A stretch of DNA of 64,000 nt from an uncultured Ignavibacteria bacterium (lineage in GTDB: Bacteria > Bacteroidota > Ignavibacteria > Kapaibacteriales > Kapaibacteriaceae), in assembly GCA_903939735.1 (NCBI GenBank), contig CAJAIA010000001.1, positions 39,169-103,168 of the forward strand. Reading direction: 5' to 3'. Each line of letters begins with the position of its first letter. Position 1 is the first letter of the stretch. The notes beneath the pieces are model-generated. The model had not been told where the DNA came from. It ran no database searches and worked only from the letters and a program-made list of their open reading frames with translations. The translations under genes were made by a program, and so were the position numbers. Below, piece after piece: positions 48,312 through 58,405 of the stretch.

Positions 48312-49424
48312 TTAACGCAAGCGTGAGAACACCTTCGGATCAAACGCTTCGCGGATAGCCTCACCAATGAATACCACAAGCGTCAGCGTGAGGAACATCG
48401 CGCTGAACGGCACAACGACCAGCCAGTACTTTGTGATGTTCGACAAACCAACGCTGATCATCTGTCCCCACGACGGAGTCGGAGGCGGCATACCGAATCC
48501 TAAATAGTCCAGCGACACCAACGCGCTAATCCCACCAACAAGTGCAAATGGGAAGAACGTGATGATCGGGACCAATGTATTCGGTAGGATGTGCTTGAGC
48601 AGAATCGTGCGTGTTGGCACGCCGATCGAGACGGCCGCAGCTACGTAATCGCGTGCACGCTCGCGGTAGAACTGTGCCCGCATCTGGGTAGCTATACCCA
48701 GCCACGAGAAGATCACCAAGAGAAACACCAACAGCGAGAATGTGGGCGTTACAAACGACACGATGATGATGATCAGGAAAAGAAACGGCAAGGCGTGCCA
48801 GATTTCCATGATGCGCTGCAATACAAGATCGAGTGCTCCACCAAAGTAGCCCATCACTGCACCAACAGGAATACCGATGAGATACTCGAGAATGGCGATC
48901 AGCAATGCAAAGGACATCGACACTTGAAACCCATATGCCATGCGTGCGAGCACATCACGACCGTTATCGTCGGTCCCAAACGGACGCAGACGTCCATGCC
49001 CATCGTCGGCGAATGGTTCAACAAAGCTCTCGTTACCATCGACACCGACGTCTTCGTTCGGAGCGAACGGATAGAGTGGCATGATGATGAAGTTGTCTGA
49101 ACCTTCGTCTTCCCACGACGCCTGCAACTCGCGGTAGTTGGCCTCGCCAGTCACGCCTTCCTCACCGTACTTGGAGGCTGGATCGAAGCTTGATGGTGCC
49201 AGACCGCCAACCAATGGCAGCGAACCCAGGAACTCACGTCCAGCAGGCGAAGACCATTCACCCTCGTAGGAGACCAAGAGTGGCTTGTTGTTGATCATTA
49301 AGGGAAGAAGGAACGAAATCAGATAGGCACCCAGGAGGATCAGCAATGATGCATAACCACGACGAATGCTCTTGAACTTCTTCCAACGACGTTGGTTGAT
49401 CGACAGTGATGGGGTTGATGCCAT
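48312..49424 (-). CDS. ABC transporter permease (OppC/DppC-like)
   Basis: 370 aa. BPD-transporter core with N-terminal periplasmic extension. Confidence 0.8.
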   Translation of the reverse strand: MASTPSLSINQRRWKKFKSIRRGYASLLILLGAYLISFLLPLMINNKPLLVSYEGEWSSPAGREFLGSLPLVGGLAPSSFDPASKYGEEGVTGEANYRELQASWEDEGSDNFIIMPLYPFAPNEDVGVDGNESFVEPFADDGHGRLRPFGTDDNGRDVLARMAYGFQVSMSFALLIAILEYLIGIPVGAVMGYFGGALDLVLQRIMEIWHALPFLFLIIIIVSFVTPTFSLLVFLLVIFSWLGIATQMRAQFYRERARDYVAAAVSIGVPTRTILLKHILPNTLVPIITFFPFALVGGISALVSLDYLGFGMPPPTPSWGQMISVGLSNITKYWLVVVPFSAMFLTLTLVVFIGEAIREAFDPKVFSRLR

Positions 49425-49426
49425 GG

Positions 49427-50665
49427 TTAGGAGAATCGAATACGTGGATCAACAAGTGCGAGCATCAAGTCTGAGATGATCGATCCAACCAATGTGATGA
49501 TGATCGAGATCACAGCAAATGCAAAGAAGACGTTCGAGTCGCGCGAGCGAATAGCCTCGAACGACAAGCGTCCGATGCCATCGATATTGAAGGCATACTC
49601 AACGAGGTAGTTCCCTGCTAGGAAGATGCCGATGATTCCGCCGATGGATGCCACAAGTGGAATCACCGAGTTCCGCATTGCGTGCATCCAGATTACGCGG
49701 TCTTCACGAAGACCCTTTGCATAGGCTGTACGGATGAAGTCCTGTCCGAGCGTGTCGAGAAGCGAATTCTTCATCAACAACGTGATCGAGGCAAATCCAC
49801 CAAGCGTATAGGCAATCGTTGGAAGCACGAAATACCACACCCGATCGGCGATCATCTCGATCAAGGTCAGCGACTCATAATCGTCAGACTGAAAACCGCC
49901 CGTTGGGAACAGTGCTAGGTCGGACCCACCGCCAAGCACCACCAACAACACACCACCAAGTGCCCACCCCGGAATCGAGAAGGCAATGAAGACGATGCTC
50001 GACGAAATGACGTCGAAGTTGCTTCCGTGGCGCAATGCCTTTTGCGTGCCGAGATAGAAGCACACAACGTAGGTGATCACAAAGCTGATCAATCCAAACT
50101 GCATCGATACCGGGATACGCTCGCGAATGAGCTCAGTGACCGGCTTGCGATACTGGAATGAAATTCCAAAGTCGAGCGTGAAGATGCCAGAGATCTCGCG
50201 TTGATAGACCCATACGCTGTTGGCCTTCTGAGATGGATCAACGTACCAATCTGCTAGTGGCGCTGAACGGTCACCAGCCTTGTACACGAGGTATCCACCA
50301 GACGCTTGATCACGCACCACATCGACGCGGAAGCCACCACCGACGTTCTGCGGTGTGCCTACTTGCACCAGGTAGTCATTTGTGGGACGTGGCACAAGGC
50401 CTAGCCACATGCAGTACCGCTTCCAGATTGGCTCTTGCACTTGGTAGTACCGCTGAAGCGCCTCAAGCTGACTTGGCGGAATGGACATTGTTTCTGAACC
50501 GATGGCCGAGCCACCGCCTTCAGCCCCCTGCCCCTTGCGCAGCGCATTCAATTGTTGATCGTAGGGTCCACCTGGTGCAAACTGCACGATGAAGAAGACC
50601 ACAAACGTTGCACCAAAGAACGTCGGTATTGCCAGAAGCAAACGACGAATGATGTACTGAAGCAT
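49427..50665 (-). CDS. ABC transporter permease (OppB/DppB-like) with enlarged periplasmic loop
   Basis: 412 aa. EAA-type permease motif region. About 130-aa insertion between TM1 and TM2. Confidence 0.8.
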   Translation of the reverse strand: MLQYIIRRLLLAIPTFFGATFVVFFIVQFAPGGPYDQQLNALRKGQGAEGGGSAIGSETMSIPPSQLEALQRYYQVQEPIWKRYCMWLGLVPRPTNDYLVQVGTPQNVGGGFRVDVVRDQASGGYLVYKAGDRSAPLADWYVDPSQKANSVWVYQREISGIFTLDFGISFQYRKPVTELIRERIPVSMQFGLISFVITYVVCFYLGTQKALRHGSNFDVISSSIVFIAFSIPGWALGGVLLVVLGGGSDLALFPTGGFQSDDYESLTLIEMIADRVWYFVLPTIAYTLGGFASITLLMKNSLLDTLGQDFIRTAYAKGLREDRVIWMHAMRNSVIPLVASIGGIIGIFLAGNYLVEYAFNIDGIGRLSFEAIRSRDSNVFFAFAVISIIITLVGSIISDLMLALVDPRIRFS

Positions 50666-50688
50666 GTTGTCCGGTTACTAGGTGGTGA

Positions 50689-52659
50689 TTACTTGGTATC
50701 CGAGAAATCTTTCCAGTAACGGAACTCCGTTACGCCCTTGTTTCCACCAAGATCGGTCTTGTTCTTGCGTGCTTCAGCAATTGCAGTTGCCTTCTCGCCA
50801 TCATGCCACCATGTGAGACCAGCAGCACCGAACACGTAACTCAGCTGTGTGTAACGTCCGATACCATACTCAGGCATGCCGAACTTATCCCACACGGCAA
50901 GACGAATGCCCTTTGGATTCCACCAATGGCTCTTCATGTGTGTGTCATAGACGATGCGGTCGATCTCCTTGATGATCTTGATTTGACCAGCGACATCAAA
51001 TGTTGAGTCGTAGATCGGAAGGAGCTCATCAACACGGGCATTCTTGAAGCCCTGGATGTTGTTGTTATCGTTCTTGTCAGCAAGCTCGCCCTTCAGGGAT
51101 GTCTCTGGGTTCGGCGTGAGCAGACCCGAGTAGCCGTAGGAGAAGATCTGGAAGTTGCGCTCATCAATGTTCTTGATGATCGCGTTCCAGTCCATGTGCT
51201 TCAGACGCAGGTCAATACCAATCTTGCGAAGCTCTTCCTGATATGGCGTCAACCAGCGCTCTTCCGCCTTTGTGATAGCCATCTCGATGACGAACGGCTT
51301 ACCATTCTTGACGAGCAGACCCTGGCTATTGCGTGTTGTCCAACCTGCTTCAGAAAGAAGCTTTGCAGCTGCTTGCGGATCATACGGTACAACTGGATTT
51401 GTTGTGCTTGCGTATGGTGTGTTTGGATAATCGGTATCGTAGATCTCGTACTCATTGAACAGCAACTTCTCAACGACACGCTGGCGTGGGTAGAGCATGA
51501 TGAATGCCTGACGAACACGCATGTCATCAAATGGCGCACGACGCATGTTGAAGGTCACGCCGGACGTACCCATTGGACCGTTGTTATAGAAGCGGTAGCG
51601 GCGGACCCAACCATTCTTGATGGCATCGTAATCTGTGTCGCCTACCCACTTCTCCGTTGTCGCCATGTTATAGCGATAGAGATCGATATCACCCGCCTTG
51701 AACTTCTCATACAGCAATGTCGGGTTATCCTTCACGACGACATAGTTGATGTAGTTGAAGTTCGCCGTGTTCTTTGCCGCAGGATAGTCCTTCGCCCAGT
51801 AATCCGGACGGCGTGTCAAGCGCCAGCCTGAGCCTTCCTTGATGTCCTTTTCGTTGAGGAAATATGGCCCCGTGCCCGCTGGCATATTGAAGTTGTACTT
51901 ATCGAGGAATTCCTTGCCCGTGATCTGGCCAAGCTCATGATCAGGGTAGATCAGCATTCCAGCGCCAAAGTAGAGGAGATTGCGGAAGTTGACCGTCTTG
52001 GATGTCACCTGCACGATATACTTGCTCAGCGCTACAGGCTGTTCGAACTTCTCAAACACAAGGTTGAGTGCAGGCTCAAGGATGCCCGGATCAACCATGA
52101 GCTTCCATGTTGTCACAACGTCCTGTGCAACCACAGGGCGTCCATCGGACCAACGTGCATTAGGATCGATGCGGAATGTGAACGTCTTCTTGTCTGGACT
52201 GATCTTCCAGTGCGAGGCAAGCGCTGGGATGTACTCGCGTGTCACAGGATGTGTGCTAATGAGCGTCTCGTAGACATAGCCCTTGATTTCTGTATTCACC
52301 ACCATCGACGAGCCCTGTCCTTCCGGACGGAAGGTCGTCGGGAATGTGACTTCACCGATGTTGAGCTCGCCACCCTTTACCGCACGCTCATCGCCGAAGA
52401 ACTTGGCGTCCTTCTCTTCGATCACGTACGTTGAAAAGCCGAGAGATTCAGCAACCTTTTCAAAACCAGCTCCACCCAACGTGTCAGGAATGGATGGGTC
52501 GGCACCAGCAGGGGTGTCAACCTTCTTCCAGACATTCTTGATATCATCGGAATTGTCCTTCTTTTCACGTCGTCCGCAGCCCGTGGTGAAGACCAGTGCT
52601 GCCAGCGTCAGCGCCATCATGAGCGATGCTGCGCGCGGAGTCAAGAGCTTCTGAAACAT
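50689..52659 (-). CDS. ABC transporter substrate-binding lipoprotein, family 5 (OppA/YejA-like)
   Basis: 656 aa. Lipobox LVFTTGC. SBP_bac_5-type fold composition. Confidence 0.8.
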   Translation of the reverse strand: MFQKLLTPRAASLMMALTLAALVFTTGCGRREKKDNSDDIKNVWKKVDTPAGADPSIPDTLGGAGFEKVAESLGFSTYVIEEKDAKFFGDERAVKGGELNIGEVTFPTTFRPEGQGSSMVVNTEIKGYVYETLISTHPVTREYIPALASHWKISPDKKTFTFRIDPNARWSDGRPVVAQDVVTTWKLMVDPGILEPALNLVFEKFEQPVALSKYIVQVTSKTVNFRNLLYFGAGMLIYPDHELGQITGKEFLDKYNFNMPAGTGPYFLNEKDIKEGSGWRLTRRPDYWAKDYPAAKNTANFNYINYVVVKDNPTLLYEKFKAGDIDLYRYNMATTEKWVGDTDYDAIKNGWVRRYRFYNNGPMGTSGVTFNMRRAPFDDMRVRQAFIMLYPRQRVVEKLLFNEYEIYDTDYPNTPYASTTNPVVPYDPQAAAKLLSEAGWTTRNSQGLLVKNGKPFVIEMAITKAEERWLTPYQEELRKIGIDLRLKHMDWNAIIKNIDERNFQIFSYGYSGLLTPNPETSLKGELADKNDNNNIQGFKNARVDELLPIYDSTFDVAGQIKIIKEIDRIVYDTHMKSHWWNPKGIRLAVWDKFGMPEYGIGRYTQLSYVFGAAGLTWWHDGEKATAIAEARKNKTDLGGNKGVTEFRYWKDFSDTK

Positions 52660-52768
52660 GCCTCTCCTTGTATCGGATGTAGTGGGTGGGTATCAGGGGG
52701 CAAATATACGCCCTACATAGAACCCCGACCAATGATTGCCGCAACGATCGTTATGCCGAGATTTGCAC

Positions 52769-53695
52769 ATGCGTACAATACTGCCCGACGACCTATCGCA
52801 CCGCGACCGACATCAGCTGCTTCTGAGTGGCGTGTCGCCCCGTCCAATCGCCTTTGTGACATCGATGGACGCCCAAGGAACGATGAACCTGAGTCCGTTC
52901 TCGTTCTTCATGTCATTTGCATCGAAGCCCCCTATCGTAGCCATCGGACCAGCCATTGCAGCTAAGACAGGTCGGGCGAAGGATACGTGGCTGAACATCT
53001 TGGCAACGCGCGAATGCACGATCAGTTGCGTGTCGTACGACATGGTCCATGCCATGAATCTTACCTCGGCTGAGTTCCCTTCCGAGGTGGACGAATACAC
53101 TGTTTCAGGCTTCACGAAAGCACCATCGTCGATGGTTGCCCCTCCATATGTCGCCGAATCACCCTACAGTATGGAGTGCCGTCTGTTCGAGAACATCGAA
53201 CTGCGCCGCGATATAGGAGGCAACGGAAACATCGTTCTTCTTGAGGTGGTAGCATTTCATGTGGCCGATAGTGTGTTTACTGCCGACGGCAAGGTCGATC
53301 CAAGGAGTTTGGATCTGGTAGGACGCATGGGGTACTCTCACTACTGCCGCACGCGCGACATCTTCGACGCAACACAGCCGGGGCATCTTCCAATCGGTAT
53401 GGATGCGCTACCTGATCATATCCGGACGAGTCAGATTCTCACGGGAAACGATTTGGCTCAGCTCGCCTACGTTCCGGTGCTGCCGATGTACGATGGATCC
53501 TTCCCGCAATTCGCGTCTGACTTCGCTGCGGATTCTATCGACGTTGAGCTCGCCTGTGAGCGACCACTCGGAGCGCTCTATGTGTGGCTACAACGCGGTG
53601 ACCGCAAGGATCATGCAACACTGCACCGCATCGCACAGCTGTTCATTCAGCAGGGCAAGATCGACGAAGCCTGGCAATCACTTCTGCTCGATTGA
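52769..53695 (+). CDS. Flavin reductase-like (FMN-binding split barrel) protein with about 100-aa C-terminal extension
   Basis: PRPIAFVTSMDAQGTMNLSPFSFF is the flavin-reductase-domain signature. Start at MRTILPDD. Confidence 0.7.
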   Translation: MRTILPDDLSHRDRHQLLLSGVSPRPIAFVTSMDAQGTMNLSPFSFFMSFASKPPIVAIGPAIAAKTGRAKDTWLNILATRECTISCVSYDMVHAMNLTSAEFPSEVDEYTVSGFTKAPSSMVAPPYVAESPYSMECRLFENIELRRDIGGNGNIVLLEVVAFHVADSVFTADGKVDPRSLDLVGRMGYSHYCRTRDIFDATQPGHLPIGMDALPDHIRTSQILTGNDLAQLAYVPVLPMYDGSFPQFASDFAADSIDVELACERPLGALYVWLQRGDRKDHATLHRIAQLFIQQGKIDEAWQSLLLD

Positions 53696-53696
53696 G

Positions 53697-54221
53697 CTAC
53701 TCGGCGAGTGGCTCAACAGTGCACATAAGTGCACCTTTCTCTAGCGCACTGCCTTCAACAACACCGATGTTCCGAATCACACCCGAAACTGGTGTCTTGA
53801 TGGCGTTCTCCATCTTCATTGCTTCAAGCGTGAAGAGCGTTTCACCCTTGCGTACGGTTTGACCGTCGACAATGGCAATACCCTTGAGAAGTCCTGGCAT
53901 CGGAGCGGAAATCTTTGTGCTCCGGTTCTGCTGTGCTGGGGACGAAGTGAGGATCTCCAGCAGCTGGCGATGACGCTTGTCGTGGACGCTTGCCGCATAG
54001 ACATATCCACGCACGGTGATGGTCACCGATGAAATGCCGTCAGACGCGATGTGCACAGGTACACGGTTGGAACCGTCAATCCAATCCCAGACATTGGGGT
54101 GATCCGTTGGTGCGAGCAGCACGGGAGCTCCGCCAAGCGGTGTGGCACCTTCCGACGTGAGGGTGATTTCTCGCTGGCGTCCGTCGATTTCTGTCTGTAC
54201 GATGAAGGTGCTCATATCCAC
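53697..54221 (-). CDS. Biotin/lipoyl-attachment domain protein (biotin carboxyl carrier-like) with about 100-aa N-terminal extension
   Basis: C-terminal KISAPMPGLL...GETLFTLEAMKMENAIKTPVSG with the AMKM biotinylation motif. Confidence 0.7.
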   Translation of the reverse strand: MDMSTFIVQTEIDGRQREITLTSEGATPLGGAPVLLAPTDHPNVWDWIDGSNRVPVHIASDGISSVTITVRGYVYAASVHDKRHRQLLEILTSSPAQQNRSTKISAPMPGLLKGIAIVDGQTVRKGETLFTLEAMKMENAIKTPVSGVIRNIGVVEGSALEKGALMCTVEPLAE

Positions 54222-54253
54222 GCTGAAATGTTACGTCGCAAAGATACGGTTCG

Positions 54254-55486
54254 TCAGGGCTTACACTCGAGCAGAAAGAGATGACGCCCCATGTAGCCGA
54301 GTCCTTGAAACACATTCTTCGATCGGTTATACACGACCGACAGCATTGAGTCGCACATCTTCCCGAGTCGGAGAATGTTCTGCTCGAGTTGCGCTTTTGC
54401 CAGTGTTGTTGAACTCGCCCACGCAACGGATGTCCCCGTTTGATCCACGGCGAGCGGAACCCTCAGATTCACAGCGCCGCTTACACGATGTTGCTTCCCG
54501 TTGAGGGTGACAAAATGCTCGCCATCGAATCCGGCATACACCATGATCGATCCATCAGGAGTAAAGCGTATCGGACTCGTCTGCCGTCCCGCCGGATATT
54601 CCATTCCGTTGAAACTCACTGAGCGATTGCCATTCCGGCTGACGAGTGCTGCTGCAAGGGGCTCAAATGGCGCAATGACAAGTCCGGCGATGTTGTCGCA
54701 GGGCTGACTCGTCCACGGCTGTCGCATGTCGGCTGAGTAGAGGTACATGCGGGCCAGACCTGTACCGTCCGATGCATGAAAGGCACACGCTGTTCCTGCG
54801 ACGTTTGTCTGTAGATCCGCTACATTGATAAGTCCTTGCGCGATCACATCCTCCCCTACGAGCACCGACCAACGTTCGCCAATACGCGTTGCATACACGA
54901 TCGACCCATCGGCCCATACGCCAGCTACGAGGACTTGCTCACCGCGCGCAACTTCATTGCCGTTGCGCATCAATACGTCAATTGTTCCGGTCGATTCAAT
55001 CCATGCTACTACAGCTCCGCTTGGATCGGTATGGATCATCTGCGGTATGCGGCTGCAGCGATATGTTTTGGTACGCGTGGATATTCTGTGATCATCCCCA
55101 TTACCATGATGCCACCAGGCAACAGAAGCCATCGTTGCCAGGCGCACGTCATAGAGCATATCACCGGCAAGTGAGATTGTATCGGTCTGTGTAAGCACGC
55201 TCCACTGACCCAAGATCTTCACGCCTGCGAAGAACGTTGAGCCATCATACGTAAACTGCGGCTGCAATGCAGACTCGAACGGACCTAGCGGAACGCCGTC
55301 GATGATGAGTCCAACCATTTGCTCAAATGGCTGCGTAATCGCAAACCAATGTCCATTTGTGTCAATACCAGCCGTCATGATACGCTCGTGCGCAGCAAGC
55401 AACCTGATATCGCGACAGTCCTGTGCACCCAACGAGCATAGAGTCAGAACTCCAGTGGTAAACAGTACCAACAACGATCGTGTCAT
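54254..55486 (-). CDS. Hypothetical secreted protein (beta-propeller-like)
   Basis: 410 aa. Signal peptide LLVLFTTGVLTLCSLGAQ. Repetitive beta-rich composition. No motif. Confidence 0.45.
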   Translation of the reverse strand: MTRSLLVLFTTGVLTLCSLGAQDCRDIRLLAAHERIMTAGIDTNGHWFAITQPFEQMVGLIIDGVPLGPFESALQPQFTYDGSTFFAGVKILGQWSVLTQTDTISLAGDMLYDVRLATMASVAWWHHGNGDDHRISTRTKTYRCSRIPQMIHTDPSGAVVAWIESTGTIDVLMRNGNEVARGEQVLVAGVWADGSIVYATRIGERWSVLVGEDVIAQGLINVADLQTNVAGTACAFHASDGTGLARMYLYSADMRQPWTSQPCDNIAGLVIAPFEPLAAALVSRNGNRSVSFNGMEYPAGRQTSPIRFTPDGSIMVYAGFDGEHFVTLNGKQHRVSGAVNLRVPLAVDQTGTSVAWASSTTLAKAQLEQNILRLGKMCDSMLSVVYNRSKNVFQGLGYMGRHLFLLECKP

Positions 55487-55501
55487 GTGCGCGCGTCCGA
55501 G

Positions 55502-56092
55502 TTATGGCGTTGTGGTTGGTGCAACGTACCAACGTTCCTGCGTTGCAACACAATGCAGTGGAACATCATGTTCGTTGGCTGCAGTATTCATCACGCGCTG
55601 CAACTCATAGGCTACGCCGATAGTTGTTGCGCGCACGGTCCGAAGGAACGCATCGTAGAAACCTTTGCCATAGCCAATGCGATTACAGGAACGATCGAAT
55701 GCCACCATTGGGACGATGATTGCCGACGACTCATCAAAGAAAGATGGTTCATCAACGATGTCGCGCTCATCGGGGTTCTCGGGTTCCAGGATCCCAAAGG
55801 AACCCTCACGCCACGTGGTTCGCCACGTCACACGACAATGGCGCATTCGTGTCGCTCCCGGAGCCACAACAGGCACATAGACGTCTTTGCCAATGCCCCA
55901 CGCATACTCGATTAGCGGCATTGTCTCGACTTCGTCACGTACGGTTCGGTACACATGAACACGATGTGCAAGTTGAAAGGCACGATGCTTATGCGCACGT
56001 TCAAAAATGAGCTGATCCCAGAGAAGTCTGGCCGGTGGCTCAATAGCTGCTCGCTGCGTGAGAATTTGTTGTCGGATATCCGCTTTACTCAT
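55502..56092 (-). CDS. 5-formyltetrahydrofolate cyclo-ligase
   Basis: 196 aa. C-terminal IVPMVAFDRSCNRIGYGKGFYD motif of MTHFS. Confidence 0.8.
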   Translation of the reverse strand: MSKADIRQQILTQRAAIEPPARLLWDQLIFERAHKHRAFQLAHRVHVYRTVRDEVETMPLIEYAWGIGKDVYVPVVAPGATRMRHCRVTWRTTWREGSFGILEPENPDERDIVDEPSFFDESSAIIVPMVAFDRSCNRIGYGKGFYDAFLRTVRATTIGVAYELQRVMNTAANEHDVPLHCVATQERWYVAPTTTP

Positions 56093-57015
56093 ACGTCCTG
56101 CTCGCGTGTCGTCGGTGTCTGTTCAGTTCGGCGTTGTATTGATGCGACTACAAGATCCGGAACAACTGTTCCAATAAGCAATACGCTGGCTCCGACGATC
56201 TGCATCGGACTAAACCGCTCGTCAAGAATGATCCATGCGATTGCTGCTGCAGCAAGGGGCTCAAGCGCGTATATCACTCCAGCACGAACGGGATGCGTGT
56301 AATGCTGATAACGCGTCTGAACAAAGGTGGCGACCAGCGATGCTAAGACGGCGCAATACGCCAGCGCAACAACGAACTGCGTATCGAATGTTGGCAGTAC
56401 AGCATGACCATTCGCAGCATCGACTCCAACCATCACAAGTGCTAGCACGACAGTAACGATAAACTGCAGAACTACCAGTGCGTTGAGTGATGATGCGTCG
56501 TCCTGAATCTCTCGCGTCCAGACATCAATGTAGGTGAGGTATACCGCCCAGAGGATTGAACTCAGCAACGTGATCGCGTCGCCCAGATTCACACCGTGTT
56601 CTTGTGGATTGGTGAAGAACCACAGACCGACAAGCACGAGGACGATGGAGGCCAGGTGATTTGGCTTTACGGGTGTTCCATGAAGCAGGCGGTTCACGAT
56701 GGGAACAAAGACAACCATCGTGCCTGTCACAAACGCTGATGCTGAAGCCGTCGTGTGCTGCATCCCCACAGTCTGGAGAAGAAATCCAGTCCCATACAGC
56801 AGACCAAGAACAACTCCCCTGCGACGGGTACGCGCATCAAGACGTCGGAGATTGCCATGCCACAGCAGAAGACCGAGAAGCGATGCTATGCCAAACCGCA
56901 ACGCAACAAAGACGCTCGGCTGAGTGTCCACCATCTCGTTCTTGATGAAGGCGAATGTCGCACCCCACAAGATGGTGACACCAACGAGCAGCAACTCGGC
57001 CCCACGCTTGGTCAT
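56089..57015 (-). CDS. DMT-superfamily (EamA-type) transporter
   Basis: 308 aa, 10 TM. Two EamA-like halves. Confidence 0.8.
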   Translation of the reverse strand: MTKRGAELLLVGVTILWGATFAFIKNEMVDTQPSVFVALRFGIASLLGLLLWHGNLRRLDARTRRRGVVLGLLYGTGFLLQTVGMQHTTASASAFVTGTMVVFVPIVNRLLHGTPVKPNHLASIVLVLVGLWFFTNPQEHGVNLGDAITLLSSILWAVYLTYIDVWTREIQDDASSLNALVVLQFIVTVVLALVMVGVDAANGHAVLPTFDTQFVVALAYCAVLASLVATFVQTRYQHYTHPVRAGVIYALEPLAAAAIAWIILDERFSPMQIVGASVLLIGTVVPDLVVASIQRRTEQTPTTREQDV

Positions 57016-58379
57016 GCCTCACCCATCATTGCGTAGTACCGCGCAACTGCATGCATGCCCGTGTGATAATTCGCTAGTGAGAAATGCTCATCAGGCGAGT
57101 GCGCATTCTCGTTGTTCAATCCGAATCCCATAAGAACCGTTGGAGCTCGCAGAACGGTATCGAACAACAGGACAACAGGAATTGAGCCACCTTCGCGTGT
57201 GAATCTACATGGCGTCCCAAACGTCTCTTCGAGCGCTTTGGCTGCCGTGGTGATTGCTGGTGATGTGATATCAACGAGAACTGGATCAGCCCCATGCAGG
57301 TCCTGCACAGAAACTGTGGTTCCCTCTGGCGCAATCGATGTGATGTAGTTCATCACCTTCTCTGCAATGTCGGTATGTGTTTGATGTGGCACCAGACGCA
57401 TAGAGATCTTCGCCATCGCTCGCGCAGGGAGTACCGTCTTCGCTCCCTCACCGGTAAAGCCACCGAGGATACCGTTTACATCTAATGTTGGACGGGCACC
57501 AAGACGTTCAATAGTGGTGTATCCAGGTTCGCCGGATACAGCAGTGACAGTAACGTCTGCTTTGAGTCGCTCGTCAGAGTAGCCGAGTGCATTGAGTGAC
57601 GTACGCTCTTGCGGCGTGAGATCAAGAACTGCATCATAGAATCCAGGGACGGTAATCAAACCGTTGGCGTCTTTGAGCTGTGCGATGATATGTGCCAGAG
57701 CATTGATCGGGTTAACAACAGCGCCGCCATACGAGCCCGAATGAAGATCGCGATTCGGTCCTTGAATGTCGATCTGCAGATAGGCTAGGCCGCGCAGGCC
57801 ATAGACAATCGATGGTTCACCGGGCGCAAACATAGACGTATCCGAGACCACGACTGCGTCACACGCGAGTTTGTCGCGGTGTTGCTCGACAAACGGCGCA
57901 AGATTTGGACTGCCGATCTCTTCTTCGCCTTCGATCAGGAGCTTAAGATTTACCGGAAGCGAGCCGTCAACGGCGAGCATAGCTTCGATGGCTTTGATGT
58001 GCAGGAATACTTGCCCCTTGTCATCTGTTGCACCGCGAGCAAAGACGTTACCGTCACGGATGGTCGGTTCGAACGGTGGGTTCGTCCACAAGTGAAGAGG
58101 ATCAACTGGCTGCACATCGTAGTGGCCATAGAACAACAACGTTGGTGCGTCGGGTCCGGCTGTGCAATGCTCAGCATAGACGATAGGATGTCCCGCGGTT
58201 TGAATCACCTCTACATGTGGTACGCCTATTGCACGAACGTGCTCCGATAGCCAGGTTGCACATCGTTGCACCTCTGTTGCGCACGCAGGATCAGTGCTTA
58301 CGCTTGGAATCGCAAGAAACTCACAGAGTTGGTCTTCAAAACGTTGACGGTGTTGCTCAAGGTATTGGTCGATTGTCAT
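57012..58379 (-). CDS. M20/M25/M40 family metallo-dipeptidase
   Basis: 455 aa. HYDVQP and GATDDKG metal-binding motifs. LIEGEEEIGS. Confidence 0.85.
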   Translation of the reverse strand: MTIDQYLEQHRQRFEDQLCEFLAIPSVSTDPACATEVQRCATWLSEHVRAIGVPHVEVIQTAGHPIVYAEHCTAGPDAPTLLFYGHYDVQPVDPLHLWTNPPFEPTIRDGNVFARGATDDKGQVFLHIKAIEAMLAVDGSLPVNLKLLIEGEEEIGSPNLAPFVEQHRDKLACDAVVVSDTSMFAPGEPSIVYGLRGLAYLQIDIQGPNRDLHSGSYGGAVVNPINALAHIIAQLKDANGLITVPGFYDAVLDLTPQERTSLNALGYSDERLKADVTVTAVSGEPGYTTIERLGARPTLDVNGILGGFTGEGAKTVLPARAMAKISMRLVPHQTHTDIAEKVMNYITSIAPEGTTVSVQDLHGADPVLVDITSPAITTAAKALEETFGTPCRFTREGGSIPVVLLFDTVLRAPTVLMGFGLNNENAHSPDEHFSLANYHTGMHAVARYYAMMGEA

Positions 58380-58405
58380 GACGTAGTTCTGTACCTAAAG
58401 AGTGA